From Snowella sp. (lineage in GTDB: Bacteria > Cyanobacteriota > Cyanobacteriia > Cyanobacteriales > Microcystaceae), in contig JAYKGY010000035.1 in NCBI GenBank assembly GCA_035285545.1, forward strand, positions 1 to 58,797: 58,797 nt of DNA, in the 5' to 3' direction. The first letter of the stretch is position 1. The number at the start of each line of letters is the position of its first letter. Shown piece by piece: positions 29,207-40,004 of this stretch. Under the pieces are notes generated by a model. The model was not told the origin of the DNA. It made no database searches and worked only from the letters and a program-made list of their open reading frames with translations. A program made the position numbers and the translations under genes.

Positions 29207-30673
29207 TTAGTCTGCCGTTAGGTTCCCTAATAAGTTGGCCCAAGCGGGTTCATTTGTTGGTTCATTCATTTCTTTAACTTCAACAGTTTTGTTACAGGCT
29301 TCTGGGGTTTCCAATAATTGCACACTCAATTCGGCGATCGCGGCTCGGCTGACTTGACCCCGAATATTATCTCCTTGCTCGAAAATTAGGGCTTTGATCT
29401 CTGGATCTTCGGTTAACGCACAGGGACGAACAATGGTGTAATTTAACCCACTTTGACGGATAACGTCTTCTCCCCGTAGTTTCCACGTTAAAATTCCCCC
29501 TAATTGCTCATTAAGCCTGACCGCAGGAGGTTCTTCTTCGAGATTTAAACCCGGACGACCAGGGCGCGTAACACCTGCCGAACTAATATGAATCCATTGG
29601 GGCGTTGGGGGGTTGCCATAGGCATTAATCGACTCAATTTCTAGGCTAAACAATCCAGGGGAAAAGGTGCGATTCAATTCCCCATCGTATTCAAACTTAC
29701 TGTGCATTAGTTGCAAAGAATAAACTTGACGGGGATTAAACTTGCCCTTTTCAGGAACGGTTTTAGCCCGAAATACGGGAATTAACTGATCAAACGGAAT
29801 ACGAATATTTTGGGATTGATTGTTCCAGGTATCAAAGGAATAGCAATAGCCCACGCCGTCCCATTTATCTTCTCCCCGCACGATCAGTTTGTAACGCTTG
29901 CCATCGCCTTGAATTTTTAACTCAATGCCATCATATTGGGATAAATCCAAGGGCTGAGCAAAATTTTTCGTCCGAACTGAAGCAAACCCGCCATTGTTGG
30001 CAGTCGAGACATTTCCTGAAAAGATGGCTCGATTTTGGGTAATCTGAATCTGGCTGGAACTTATGCCCCCCATAACAACATCATCAACGGCTCCCCAGAT
30101 TTCCTTAATATCCTGAGTTGGTTGGGTAAAGTCAAAGATTGTTTTTTCGGTTTTTAAATATTTTCTCGCTACGGTTACTAAGTTCTTAATACCTTCATAC
30201 TCGACAATTTCGGGGACATCTACCACTTCGGGCATATAAAACTTTATTCCCTGATAATATTTCTCTCTCGTCGGGGTATCGCCTTCAATCGGTTGAACTT
30301 TGGTTCCGGTACAGTTAATTACTGCGACTACGTTTTCCATTAATTTCGGCGTTAAGGTTTCCGCGATCGCCAAATCTCCTTCAAAAATTTCTACCTTATC
30401 CCCAAATAATTCTCTAGCTCTAGCGGCATCTCTGACTAACACCCGAACTTTATCCTTTTTGCTCAAAAGCTTATTAACCACCCGTTTTCCTACGCCACCT
30501 GTGGCACCTGTCACTAAAATAATATCCATACTCGTACTGGGTTCTGCGGGTTTGGGTTGAGGTTGTCGAGAAAAAAGGCGTTGCAAACATCCCCAAAAGG
30601 GAATCACTTCAAAGTAGGTCAGCGTCTGAAATAGCCGTCCCGTATCCCAAGGCTGTCGGGTTTGCTCTGCCAT
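29207..30673 (-). CDS. NAD(P)H-binding protein with CIA30 domain
   Basis: VTGATGGVG, WGAVDDVVMGG.S, NNGGFASVR, YTIVRPCAL. Confidence 0.92.
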   Translation of the reverse strand: MAEQTRQPWDTGRLFQTLTYFEVIPFWGCLQRLFSRQPQPKPAEPSTSMDIILVTGATGGVGKRVVNKLLSKKDKVRVLVRDAARARELFGDKVEIFEGDLAIAETLTPKLMENVVAVINCTGTKVQPIEGDTPTREKYYQGIKFYMPEVVDVPEIVEYEGIKNLVTVARKYLKTEKTIFDFTQPTQDIKEIWGAVDDVVMGGISSSQIQITQNRAIFSGNVSTANNGGFASVRTKNFAQPLDLSQYDGIELKIQGDGKRYKLIVRGEDKWDGVGYCYSFDTWNNQSQNIRIPFDQLIPVFRAKTVPEKGKFNPRQVYSLQLMHSKFEYDGELNRTFSPGLFSLEIESINAYGNPPTPQWIHISSAGVTRPGRPGLNLEEEPPAVRLNEQLGGILTWKLRGEDVIRQSGLNYTIVRPCALTEDPEIKALIFEQGDNIRGQVSRAAIAELSVQLLETPEACNKTVEVKEMNEPTNEPAWANLLGNLTAD

Positions 30674-30856
30674 AAAATCTTTACAATTTTTAATAACTTT
30701 CGATCAGTCTAACGAAAGCATTTAGGAAAAGACAAGAGGGATACAAAATTACACGTTAAAACTACCTGTAGCGGTTAAAAAAGTGAACGATAGCCAGCGG
30801 GGGTAAATTTACGATAGTCTTTACAAAATAGCTTCTTTTCAAGATTTAAGTATTTT

Positions 30857-31321
30857 ATGAAATTGAACCTTGTTGCGTTAACGGCTTTACTCGGACTCTC
30901 TACTGCTTTTAGCTTTTCGACTTTCTCGGCAGCGATCGCGCAAAATCCACCGGCGGAAACCTATCGTCCTGGGTTTTGGCAACCCGTTGCGGATTTTAAC
31001 CCCATGAAAAAAGTCACGATGAAATTTATTAACCAAACCGGAGTTCCCTTGGAATACGGCATCGTAGGCAATGAAGAAAATCTTTCAGAAAAAATAGGGG
31101 TAGGAGAAACACAAACGTTAAGTACCCTCGAAAAATCGGGAAATATTACCATTTATCCAGATATTGCGATTAATCCAGACACGCCCTTTAATTTAAAGTT
31201 TAGTATCAGTGTTGATCAGCCGACTAACACGATTAATGTCAAGATTACTCAGGCAGAACGGGGTTTCTTTGGCCATAGAAGTTTAAATTTTCAAAAAACA
31301 GGTAAAATCTACGTTTATTAA
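30857..31321 (+). CDS. Conserved hypothetical exported protein
   Basis: Signal peptide (AAIA-Q), PGFWQPVA; co-oriented with the next gene. Confidence 0.7.
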   Translation: MKLNLVALTALLGLSTAFSFSTFSAAIAQNPPAETYRPGFWQPVADFNPMKKVTMKFINQTGVPLEYGIVGNEENLSEKIGVGETQTLSTLEKSGNITIYPDIAINPDTPFNLKFSISVDQPTNTINVKITQAERGFFGHRSLNFQKTGKIYVY

Positions 31322-31332
31322 GCGATTCAACC

Positions 31333-33384
31333 ATGCGGGAAATGACAGCAAAATCTTGGCTACGGGTTTTCACCTCTCTCCCTTTAGGGATTTTGATTTG
31401 GCAGGAAATGTCGGTTCTTGCTTGGGCAACACCACCGCGATCGCCGGATCAAAAAGTTGAGTGTGAAATCTTAGTTGTCGGGGGAGGATTAGCCGGTAGT
31501 GCCGCAGCCTATGAAGGGTTATTAGCCGGAAAAACGGTTTGCTTAACGGATATTACCGATTGGGTGGGGGGACAAATTTCCTCCCAGGGCACCTCTGCGT
31601 TAGATGAGCGACCAACCCAAGCCAGAAAGCTGTATTTTTCGCGGGGTTATCTCGATTTTCGTAAACGGATTGAGCAGGAATATGATTCTCGCAATCCGGG
31701 TCATTGTTGGGTGAGTGAATCCTGTTTTTTACCCGCCGATGGGCATAAAGTCCTGATGGATGAGTTGAAACAAGCCGAGCGCAAGGGAAATGGCAAGCTC
31801 AAATGGTTTCCCAATACGGTTATCAAGGAATTAGGCATCAAACCCGTTGGCCAAGGTCAGCAAATTACCAGAGCGATCGCGATTCAACACCAACCCGCCA
31901 AAGGTGCCCCCCCTCTCAATACCTATCCCTTATCTCAGACCTTTGAGGATAGTTACCGCTACGAAAATTCCCGTTTGTTTGATAAAACGATTATCCAGTT
32001 CATTCCTAAACCCGTTAAAAATGCCAAAACACCACCCGTTGCACCTTGGTATATCATTGAAGCCACAGAAACGGGGGAATTAATCGCCTTAGCCGATGTG
32101 CCCTATCGAGTGGGAATTGATCCCCTCTCTTACTTGGAACCCTCTGCCTCCTCCAAAACCCCTGATCCCTACTGTACTCAAGGGTTTACCTATACCTTTG
32201 CCATGGAAAAGACGGCTGAACCTCAACCGCAGACGATGCCGCCATTTTATCCCCAGTACGAACCCTACTACAGTTACGAACTGCCCCGTTTCACGAATCC
32301 GGATTTACTCTTCACTTACCGACAAATCTGGAGTCCCGAACCAGGTGAGATTTTAAAATATGGGGGAACGACTTATCAGAAGCCCAAACCAGGCAATATT
32401 TCCATGCAAAATTGGACATGGGGCAATGATTACCGACCTGGAACGAGTCAAGATAATTTTATCTATACCCATGATCAACTGGCTACAAAGGGTCAACTCA
32501 AATCAGGCGGATGGTTAGGCGGTTTACGCACCGATGCTTTTAGAAAAGCCGAAGAACACGCCCTGGGTTTTTATTATTGGTTCGTCAAAGGAACAACCGA
32601 TTCTCGTTTAGGCGATGGGGTGAAAAAGCCCGATCCCAATAACCTTTTTCTCTCTGGCCTCGATTCCCCAATGGGAACGGTGCATGGCTTATCGAAATAT
32701 CCCTATATTCGAGAGTCGCGCCGCATTATTGGTCGTCCGTCTTTTTATTATCCCAACGGGTTTACCATTTCTGAAGTTGATATTTCTCGACGCAACTATC
32801 AGGATGAATACTACAAGCAAAATCTTCCGCCCGATATGTACCGTCAGCTACAAGCAACCTTAGCCGGTTTAGAAGGATTAGATGTATTAAGTGGTAAGTT
32901 ATCCCCCGATGCAGTGCAGCGACGCAAACGTTCTACGATTTACGCAGATTCCGTTGGCATTGGCCATTACGCGATCGATTTCCATCCCTGCATGACGCTT
33001 TCTCCACCAGAAGCTCCAGGGAATACCGAAAAAGAAGGAGAACGACAAGGCGGTGCCCAGGCTTACCCTTTCCAAATTCCCCTTAGAGCAATGATTCCGC
33101 AAAAAATCGATAATATGCTAGTCGCCGGGAAAGCGATCGCGGTCAGTCATATTGCATCAGCCGCCTATCGAGTTCATTCCTACGAGTGGTCATCGGGAGC
33201 CGCAGCCGGAACTGTAGCAGCTTTTGCGCTTGATCAGAACATCATGCCCTATCAAATGGTTCAAGAACCGTTAGTACAACAGACAAAATTGCGGGAATTG
33301 CAAGCATTGTTAAATGAAAATAATAATCCAACCGCCTTTCCTGACACGTCAATTTTTAATGATAGATGGGACGATTGGAAGTAA
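31333..33384 (+). CDS. FAD-dependent oxidoreductase
   Basis: VVGGGLAG, GGQISSQG, PYIRESRRI, FQIPLRAMIP. Confidence 0.88.
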   Translation: MREMTAKSWLRVFTSLPLGILIWQEMSVLAWATPPRSPDQKVECEILVVGGGLAGSAAAYEGLLAGKTVCLTDITDWVGGQISSQGTSALDERPTQARKLYFSRGYLDFRKRIEQEYDSRNPGHCWVSESCFLPADGHKVLMDELKQAERKGNGKLKWFPNTVIKELGIKPVGQGQQITRAIAIQHQPAKGAPPLNTYPLSQTFEDSYRYENSRLFDKTIIQFIPKPVKNAKTPPVAPWYIIEATETGELIALADVPYRVGIDPLSYLEPSASSKTPDPYCTQGFTYTFAMEKTAEPQPQTMPPFYPQYEPYYSYELPRFTNPDLLFTYRQIWSPEPGEILKYGGTTYQKPKPGNISMQNWTWGNDYRPGTSQDNFIYTHDQLATKGQLKSGGWLGGLRTDAFRKAEEHALGFYYWFVKGTTDSRLGDGVKKPDPNNLFLSGLDSPMGTVHGLSKYPYIRESRRIIGRPSFYYPNGFTISEVDISRRNYQDEYYKQNLPPDMYRQLQATLAGLEGLDVLSGKLSPDAVQRRKRSTIYADSVGIGHYAIDFHPCMTLSPPEAPGNTEKEGERQGGAQAYPFQIPLRAMIPQKIDNMLVAGKAIAVSHIASAAYRVHSYEWSSGAAAGTVAAFALDQNIMPYQMVQEPLVQQTKLRELQALLNENNNPTAFPDTSIFNDRWDDWK

Positions 33385-33402
33385 ACAAAATTTGATCAAA
33401 AA

Positions 33403-33447
33403 TTCCCCTTGATCTGTTCAATCATTCAAACAGAAACAGGGGGAAAA
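33403..33447. terminator. Hairpin between convergent genes
   Basis: TTCCCC..TCTGTT / AACAGA..GGGGAA. Confidence 0.5.
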
Positions 33448-33488
33448 GTATAAAGGTCAATTGAATTAATATTTATTTGTTTATGGTC

Positions 33489-33758
33489 TTAATAGGCTCT
33501 ACGGGTCGTCATGTAGTAGATCCAGAGCGCGATAATTGCCCCAATCACGGCGATAAGAATACCACCCAAACTAAATCCAGGGGCCGCCAAACTTAACGTT
33601 CCTGTTGTCAAGAGCGTGTAGAGGGTTCCACCGATAAAAGCCCCCACAATTCCTAAGATCATTGTGCCCAAGATGCCGCCTCCCTGACGACCAGGATAGA
33701 TCATTTTTGCGATCGCGCCTGCAATTAAACCTGTAATAATCCAAGCCAAAATATTCAT
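33489..33758 (-). CDS. GlsB/YeaQ/YmgE-family stress-response membrane protein
   Basis: WII.GLIAGAIAK.IYPG, LGIVGAFIGG. Confidence 0.9.
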   Translation of the reverse strand: MNILAWIITGLIAGAIAKMIYPGRQGGGILGTMILGIVGAFIGGTLYTLLTTGTLSLAAPGFSLGGILIAVIGAIIALWIYYMTTRRAY

Positions 33759-34064
33759 TTTTATTCCTCCATTAATTATCGATATTCCCTAAAGCACACA
33801 TTGGAATCCACCTATCCATTACAAATGGTTGCAAAAAGAAAAGACTAATTGTTAAAAATTTCTAATGCATTAGTGTGCAATCTCTATTTATTTTTAAAAT
33901 ACCAATTGGGATCAAGCCTTTTAGACTACCTAAGGGAAGAGATATTCTTTTCGGCAAAGAGCTAGGGCGTTTTCATTTAAACGAATATCAGGATGCACCT
34001 TCAAAATCTATGAAAGTTTTCTAGTTTTTATTTCTAGACCCATATTCAGATAATTCCCACTGAC

Positions 34065-35063
34065 TTAACGCTTTTTCGAGCTAAATAAATTTCGCACTTC
34101 TTTCAGCCAGACAAAGGGTAAAAACTCGATTTTTGAAGCCCCACAGTCCCGACATCGATATTTACGCCGGAGTGTTAGCAGAAACCCCAGTTTTTTTAAA
34201 AAAGCAATACTCCGTGAGGGATTGACGCGATCGCTGCCACAACTGAGACAATGCAGGATGGAGAGCGTCTTTAAATTAGCTAAGCTTCCGCCTCGGTAAT
34301 GTTCATACAACTCCGTCACTAACCAAAGGAACACGGAAGAAACATCATTGGAGACCAAACGAAATGCTTGGGCATCCGGCTTAATCCGAATGGTGGAATA
34401 AAAACATCGATAATTAACACCCGCCTTATCCAAGTGAGCCGTTAGTTCCTGAACATATTCAGAAATTATCTGCTGTTCTTCTGGCCAATGGGGCAAGAGA
34501 TCACATTGGGTAAAAATTAAACTAAACGGATAATCCTTATCCTGATCCCGAACAAAAGCGATGAGCGTCAAGATTTGCTTTTTGAGATAATCAAAAATTT
34601 CCTGATAACTCGTATCATACAGAAGACGAGGGGTATTGATAAAAACACAGCAACTTTGGGAGTTAACGGCCATCTCTTGGTAATAAGGATTGGCAAAATT
34701 ACAGTATTCTCCTAGCATATCCCACCAACGGATATAACACAGCGTATTGCGTTGATTATCTTTTTTTTGCTTAAAAGCAAAGTGAAAATCAGTGATTTTT
34801 AGTGTGGGCGGCGGATAGGCCCCTCGTTTTAAAACATATTGCAGAATATTATTGAGGAGATATTTTTCATTTTTGTATTGACACTCAAACCACAACTTGT
34901 CGGATAAATCGCTGGCTATCTTAGGAATTTGTCGTTGATTTTCTAGTACCTGCTGAAATTCCGCATAACTGCCCACTAGAAAAACCGTTTTTCCTGTACC
35001 GCGTTCTCCTAAACTCAAGATATTAAAAGTAGGTGGGATCAGGGAGATAGGCCCAAAGTTCAT
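34065..35063 (-). CDS. TRAFAC-like P-loop GTPase with C-terminal Zn ribbon
   Basis: GERGTGKT (G1), PPPT (G2), WDMLGE (G3), TQCD (G4-like); CLSC...CRDC. Confidence 0.7.
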   Translation of the reverse strand: MNFGPISLIPPTFNILSLGERGTGKTVFLVGSYAEFQQVLENQRQIPKIASDLSDKLWFECQYKNEKYLLNNILQYVLKRGAYPPPTLKITDFHFAFKQKKDNQRNTLCYIRWWDMLGEYCNFANPYYQEMAVNSQSCCVFINTPRLLYDTSYQEIFDYLKKQILTLIAFVRDQDKDYPFSLIFTQCDLLPHWPEEQQIISEYVQELTAHLDKAGVNYRCFYSTIRIKPDAQAFRLVSNDVSSVFLWLVTELYEHYRGGSLANLKTLSILHCLSCGSDRVNPSRSIAFLKKLGFLLTLRRKYRCRDCGASKIEFLPFVWLKEVRNLFSSKKR

Positions 35064-35152
35064 AACATTATCAGCAAATACAAAGGAAACTCACTAAACT
35101 CACCAACGAAAAGACTATTTTTAATTCAATAATTTTTGCTAGCGTGATTGAA

Positions 35153-35878
35153 TTATAAGCGGATCATTGAGTTTGGGCTAGTTAAATTGTCAGCATACTG
35201 AAATGCTTGTAGGGGATTCCAATTGAGAACATCCTCTAAAATCGCGTTGTAACCCGCCCCATTGGGATGGAGACCATCTGCACTGAGATGCGATCGCGCC
35301 CAGTCTTCTCCTCGGTGTTGCCAAAGTTCAAACAGATCGAGATAGGGAATCTGCCGATCTTGGCAAGCGTGTTTCGTAAATTCTTTGTAACGAAACTGAT
35401 CAAAGTGATTGTAATACAAACAATCTAAAAAAGGCATTTTTGACTCATTCACCGGAACCATGCCCACAAAGAAAACGGGACAAAGTTGGCGTGCTTGATC
35501 CAACAGTTGAGTCATCTGGGTTTGAAAGGTTTCAAATTCGGTAAAGGAGCGGCCATCGGGTCTTCCTAAACGGGGCGTATCATTGGTTCCCACTGATAAA
35601 ATAATGGCATCAGGGACTCGATTTCGGATTTCTCCCCGATACCGAAATTCCTGCTCTAATCGTTCTGCAACTTGAAAGACGCGATCGCCCCGAATCCCTA
35701 AATTGTAGAGAATATGGCGATCTTCCTGCATCCAAAGGCGGCGTAATTGTTCTACCCATCCACCACCAACCGGATCGCCGTAACCATACACTAAGCTATC
35801 TCCTAAAGCAATAATCTTCAGTGGCTGCTCAGTTCGCAGCATCGGCGAGTGAGCATTTAATTTCGAGAGCATTTGCAT
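35153..35878 (-). CDS. GDSL/SGNH hydrolase
   Basis: GDSLVYG, NLGIRG, GTND, DGLHPN. Confidence 0.92.
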   Translation of the reverse strand: MQMLSKLNAHSPMLRTEQPLKIIALGDSLVYGYGDPVGGGWVEQLRRLWMQEDRHILYNLGIRGDRVFQVAERLEQEFRYRGEIRNRVPDAIILSVGTNDTPRLGRPDGRSFTEFETFQTQMTQLLDQARQLCPVFFVGMVPVNESKMPFLDCLYYNHFDQFRYKEFTKHACQDRQIPYLDLFELWQHRGEDWARSHLSADGLHPNGAGYNAILEDVLNWNPLQAFQYADNLTSPNSMIRL

Positions 35879-35954
35879 GGTTGAGCTTCCTTATTGAATC
35901 ATGGATAGTCTTTTTTATTTACATTTCTACACAATTCTAGCGTAGAAGTTCAAC

Positions 35955-36056
35955 TTTACACTAAGTATTTATTCTTAAAGGAGAATGGCCGGAGCCTAAA
36001 GCAATTTTACACTAAGTATTTATTCTTAAAGGAGAATGGCCGGAGCCTAAAGCAAT
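35955..36056. repeat. Perfect 51-bp tandem duplication
   Basis: TTTACACTAAGTATTTATTCTTAAAGGAGAATGGCCGGAGCCTAAAGCAAT x2 (35955-36005, 36006-36056). Confidence 0.97.
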
Positions 36057-36476
36057 GATTGGGCAATATTAACTAATGATTATGTTGCTCCTTGGCGAAT
36101 TTGAGGGAACATTCATTCAGAAGCGTTGTTGATCTTAAAGGGAAATCTAGATCGTAGGAATTGAAGAATGCTATTGCGTTTTCACCCAAATCCGATAGAA
36201 TAAGTATCGAAAATTTAATAATATACGAAAAAATTTGGGAACCTATTTGAGTGCTTTAGCGACTAATGGAAAAAATTGGCTGCTACTTTTTGATCAAATG
36301 GTTGAAATAGAGTTAAATTCAACACTCCATTCAGTTCAAAGGTACTAAAACAGCGTTGGCGATTCAATAGAAATTCCGAGCCTTTGTGCTTTTAATTCTT
36401 CTGGGCGATCGCTCCTCCCCCGCAGTTTTTAACTTAATCACTGCCGTCTCAAACCTCAATTACTCACCCAAAAATA

Positions 36477-37061
36477 ATGGAAGGTGCCATGATTTTAACG
36501 AAAATCAAAGATTTTGTCGGTATCACCGAGCGTGATGACGAAGAAGATGAAGAATACTACGAAGAAATGGAGTGGCAACAGCCCCAAGCTCAAGCTGCGC
36601 CTGCACCAGAAGAGATTGCTCCCTCTCGTCGCCCGACACGGGAAAATCTTAATTTAACCAATGAACCTGCTATCGGAACATCAGCGAGAAATAATGTGAT
36701 TGGAATGCCTGGACTTAGCAATAGTGTGGCTGAAGTTGTTGTCGTTGAGCCACATTCTTTTGAAGAAATGCCTCAAGTAATTCAAACCTTGCGGGAAAGA
36801 AAATCCGTTGTCCTTAACCTGAATGTCATGGATCCCGAAGAAGCTCAAAGAGCCGTAGATTTCGTCGCGGGGGGAACCTATGCCATTGATGGTCATCAAG
36901 AGCGGATTGGCGAAAGTATTTTCTTGTTTACGCCCAACTCGGTTAAAGTTAGCACCTTGTCTGGAACCGTTCATGATGCGGCCGAGAATGCGACAGCCGG
37001 TACTCGGAGTTCCATGTCAACACCTGCTTGGGGGCTTGATCCTAGCCGTTTAGCTCAATAA
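36477..37061 (+). CDS. sepF: Cell division protein SepF
   Basis: [36 protein letters not shown]. Confidence 0.95.
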   Translation: MEGAMILTKIKDFVGITERDDEEDEEYYEEMEWQQPQAQAAPAPEEIAPSRRPTRENLNLTNEPAIGTSARNNVIGMPGLSNSVAEVVVVEPHSFEEMPQVIQTLRERKSVVLNLNVMDPEEAQRAVDFVAGGTYAIDGHQERIGESIFLFTPNSVKVSTLSGTVHDAAENATAGTRSSMSTPAWGLDPSRLAQ

Positions 37062-37236
37062 TTCTCCACTACAATGAGTCAGAAATTTGCTTAGAGTTGC
37101 GCTTTCATCAGTCAAGGCGCAGCTTTAGGCTTTCTGTCAATCTGTCAATTTTGATAAAAAACATAAAGTTGGGAGCAAGCTTCCTTCTAAAATTGATCAT
37201 AGTGATTTGTTCAAGGTGGATTGATTCTTATAATTT

Positions 37237-38040
37237 ATGTCTGTTCAATTGGGAATTATTGGTGGCGGTATCATGGCAGAAGCGATTCTGTCCCGCCTAT
37301 TGCAACAAAAATTATATTCCGCGAGTGATGTGTTAGTGAGTGATCCCCAGGCTTCGCGTCGGGAGTGGTTACGCAAAACCTACGGGGTTCAGGTTACCGA
37401 TGATAATCAAGAAGCGGCTAATGCGTCTCAAATTTTATTGTTAGCGGTTAAACCCCAGACGCTAGAACGGGTTGTTGCTGGATTAGCGGGCGGACAGTTA
37501 AAGCCATTGGTGATCTCGGTCTTAGCGGGAATTCCCATTAGCCGTTTAGAGTTTGGTTTTCCTGATCATCCGGTGATTCGGGTCATGCCCAATACTCCCG
37601 CAACCGTTGGTGCTGGGATCACGGCGATCGCGGCGGGAAAATTAGTCGATATTCACCACATGGATCTGGCTAAGTCTATTTTTGCCGCAGTTGGGCAAGT
37701 TGTTGAAATCCCTGAATCCTTAATGGATGCGGTCACGGGTTTATCGGGTTCGGGCCCGGCTTATGTCGCCATGATTATTGAAGGTCTGGCTGATGGCGGA
37801 GTGGCTTCTGGATTACCGAGAGCGATCGCCTATCAATTGGCCCTACAAACCGTTTTAGGAACCGCCCAACTCTTAAAAGAAACGGGTATTCATCCAGCAG
37901 AACTCAAAGATCAAGTAACCAGCCCCGGCGGAACCACGATTATGGGCGTTGCCACCTTAGAAAAAATGGGGGTTCGCTCTGCCATGATTGAAGCGGTTCG
38001 TGCAGCCTATCGCCGTTCCCAGGAATTTGGCAAAAAATAA
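37237..38040 (+). CDS. proC: Pyrroline-5-carboxylate reductase
   Basis: IGGG.MA, LAVKPQ, RVMPNTP, GLSGSGPAY, VTSPGGTT. Confidence 0.97.
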   Translation: MSVQLGIIGGGIMAEAILSRLLQQKLYSASDVLVSDPQASRREWLRKTYGVQVTDDNQEAANASQILLLAVKPQTLERVVAGLAGGQLKPLVISVLAGIPISRLEFGFPDHPVIRVMPNTPATVGAGITAIAAGKLVDIHHMDLAKSIFAAVGQVVEIPESLMDAVTGLSGSGPAYVAMIIEGLADGGVASGLPRAIAYQLALQTVLGTAQLLKETGIHPAELKDQVTSPGGTTIMGVATLEKMGVRSAMIEAVRAAYRRSQEFGKK

Positions 38041-38083
38041 ATGACAGAATTCAAGCCACTCAAGCATTTTGGAGAAAGAATGT

Positions 38084-39067
38084 CTAACTCGCAACCCCAG
38101 TTTGAAAAAGACGGCCAATTACTTCTTCAATGGGAGGATCATTGACACTGAGATCAATCACTTCCAACTGGGCCAAAATACGAGAAACCGTACTGGTTAA
38201 ATTTTCTCGTTTGACTAAAAAGCGGACTTCTTGGCCATCAATTGATTCAATTTCTGCAAATTCCTTTAACTTTTCAGGATCAATACAACTAGCAAATTCA
38301 ACTTTAACTTCCCGATAGGGCGTAAACCGTTCTAACAGGTCTTCTAACTTCCCATCATAAAAAAGCTGCCCTTGGTGAATTAATAAAACCCGTTTACACA
38401 GGGCCGTAATATCCGCCATATAATGACTGGTTAACAAAATTGTTGCTTGATAGCGTTGGTTATATTCCCGTAAAAAATCCCGTACTGCGACCTGAGCATT
38501 GACATCTAGCCCTAAGGTGGGTTCATCGAGAAATAGCACTTGCGGATGGTGCAATAAGGCAGCGAGTAATTCAGCTTTCATTCGTTCCCCCAAGGAAAGT
38601 TTCCGCACAGGCTGGGTTAATTTCTTCCGTAAAGACAGCATTTCTGCTAATTCGTTCAGCCGCTGTTCAAAGATCGTTTGGGGAATTTTATAAACCGCCG
38701 CGTTGATGCGTAGGGAGTCTAAAGCCGGTAAATCCCAGAGCAACTGTTGTTTTTGCCCCATGACCAGACTCGCCTTTTGCAAAAATTGGGGTTGACGACG
38801 AAAGGGAACGTAACCCGCCACTTTGACCAGTCCTTGAGAGGGATGAATCAAGCCCGTTAACATTTTTAAGGTCGTCGTTTTGCCCGCCCCATTCGGCCCT
38901 AAAAAACCAACCACTTCTCCTTCTTCAATGGAAAACGAAATATCTTGAACGGCTTTCACTTCCCGATAAGTTCGCTGGAAAAAGTGCGTTAGCGTTCCTT
39001 TGAAACCAGGTGATTTTACTGCAACGGGATAAGTTTTACTTAGATTTTCAACTAAAACAACAGACAT
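38084..39067 (-). CDS. ABC transporter ATP-binding protein
   Basis: GPNGAGKTT, LSLGERMK, LFLDEPT, TSH. Confidence 0.95.
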   Translation of the reverse strand: MSVVLVENLSKTYPVAVKSPGFKGTLTHFFQRTYREVKAVQDISFSIEEGEVVGFLGPNGAGKTTTLKMLTGLIHPSQGLVKVAGYVPFRRQPQFLQKASLVMGQKQQLLWDLPALDSLRINAAVYKIPQTIFEQRLNELAEMLSLRKKLTQPVRKLSLGERMKAELLAALLHHPQVLFLDEPTLGLDVNAQVAVRDFLREYNQRYQATILLTSHYMADITALCKRVLLIHQGQLFYDGKLEDLLERFTPYREVKVEFASCIDPEKLKEFAEIESIDGQEVRFLVKRENLTSTVSRILAQLEVIDLSVNDPPIEEVIGRLFQTGVAS

Positions 39068-39453
39068 TCGGTAGTGATTGAGTAGTAGTGGTCTAACGGC
39101 TTAGGTGATTGGCATTAATCCAATCTTAGCTAATATCAATCCTCAACCCAACAACCAGCCCAAATTGTTCTCCCATGTTATCAAAAGTTTTTCTATTCAT
39201 CATGCCTGACCTCGGCCATGCAGCCGTTCTCCTCGCAAGAAGATTGCTCATCCATCTACAATTTTGCAATTCCTGAAACCCTAATTTTTTTTATGAACCG
39301 ATCAACAGCTTTGGTAACCCTCAGGTGCGGTAGGAAAAATTGTGTTTAAAATGAGACTTGTTCGGCGATCGCGGCGATATTGGCACAAAACCCAAAAGAT
39401 AAGTTAAAGTGGTAATGAGTTTATTTTAATAAATCACTTTGTATGCACCTCCT

Positions 39454-39921
39454 ATGAAACAAGCAGAGGGAGTCCTTAAACCTATTCACTCCTTAGAAGA
39501 TGCGCTAGACCGTTGCCAAACCTTGGGAATGCGGGTAAGTCGCCAACGTCGCTTTATTTTAGAGCTACTGTGGCAAGCGAAGGAACACCTATCCGCTAGG
39601 GAAATTTATGATCGTCTCAATCAGCAGGGCAAAGATATCGGCCATACGTCAGTTTATCAAAATTTAGAAGCCTTATCAGGTCAGGGAATTATTGAATGCG
39701 TTGAACGGTGTGATGGTCGGCTCTATGGTCACATCAGCGATTCCCACAGTCATGTTAATTGCTTAGATACTCAACAGATTATTGATATTCATCTCGAACT
39801 GCCTCCCGATCTCCTTCAGCAAATTGAAGACCAAACGGGCGTAAAAATTACCGACTATCGCATTGATTTCTACGGGTACAAATACGCTGCTAATAACCAT
39901 TCTTTACCGGATGTTAGCTAG
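39454..39921 (+). CDS. perR: Fur-family regulator, PerR/FurC type
   Basis: HLSAREIYD, GHTSVYQNL, HSHVNC; resembles cyanobacterial PerR/FurC rather than FurA. Confidence 0.8.
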   Translation: MKQAEGVLKPIHSLEDALDRCQTLGMRVSRQRRFILELLWQAKEHLSAREIYDRLNQQGKDIGHTSVYQNLEALSGQGIIECVERCDGRLYGHISDSHSHVNCLDTQQIIDIHLELPPDLLQQIEDQTGVKITDYRIDFYGYKYAANNHSLPDVS

Positions 39922-40004
39922 GAAAATTCGGGTGAATCAGGGTGCTGATTGACTAACAAAAGCAGAAATTTTACTAAGGGATAAAACGAGATCGCCGTTA
40001 GTTG

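Noticed and set aside
35955..36056. CRISPR array
   Set aside because: Two abutting identical units with no spacer; no cas genes in the window
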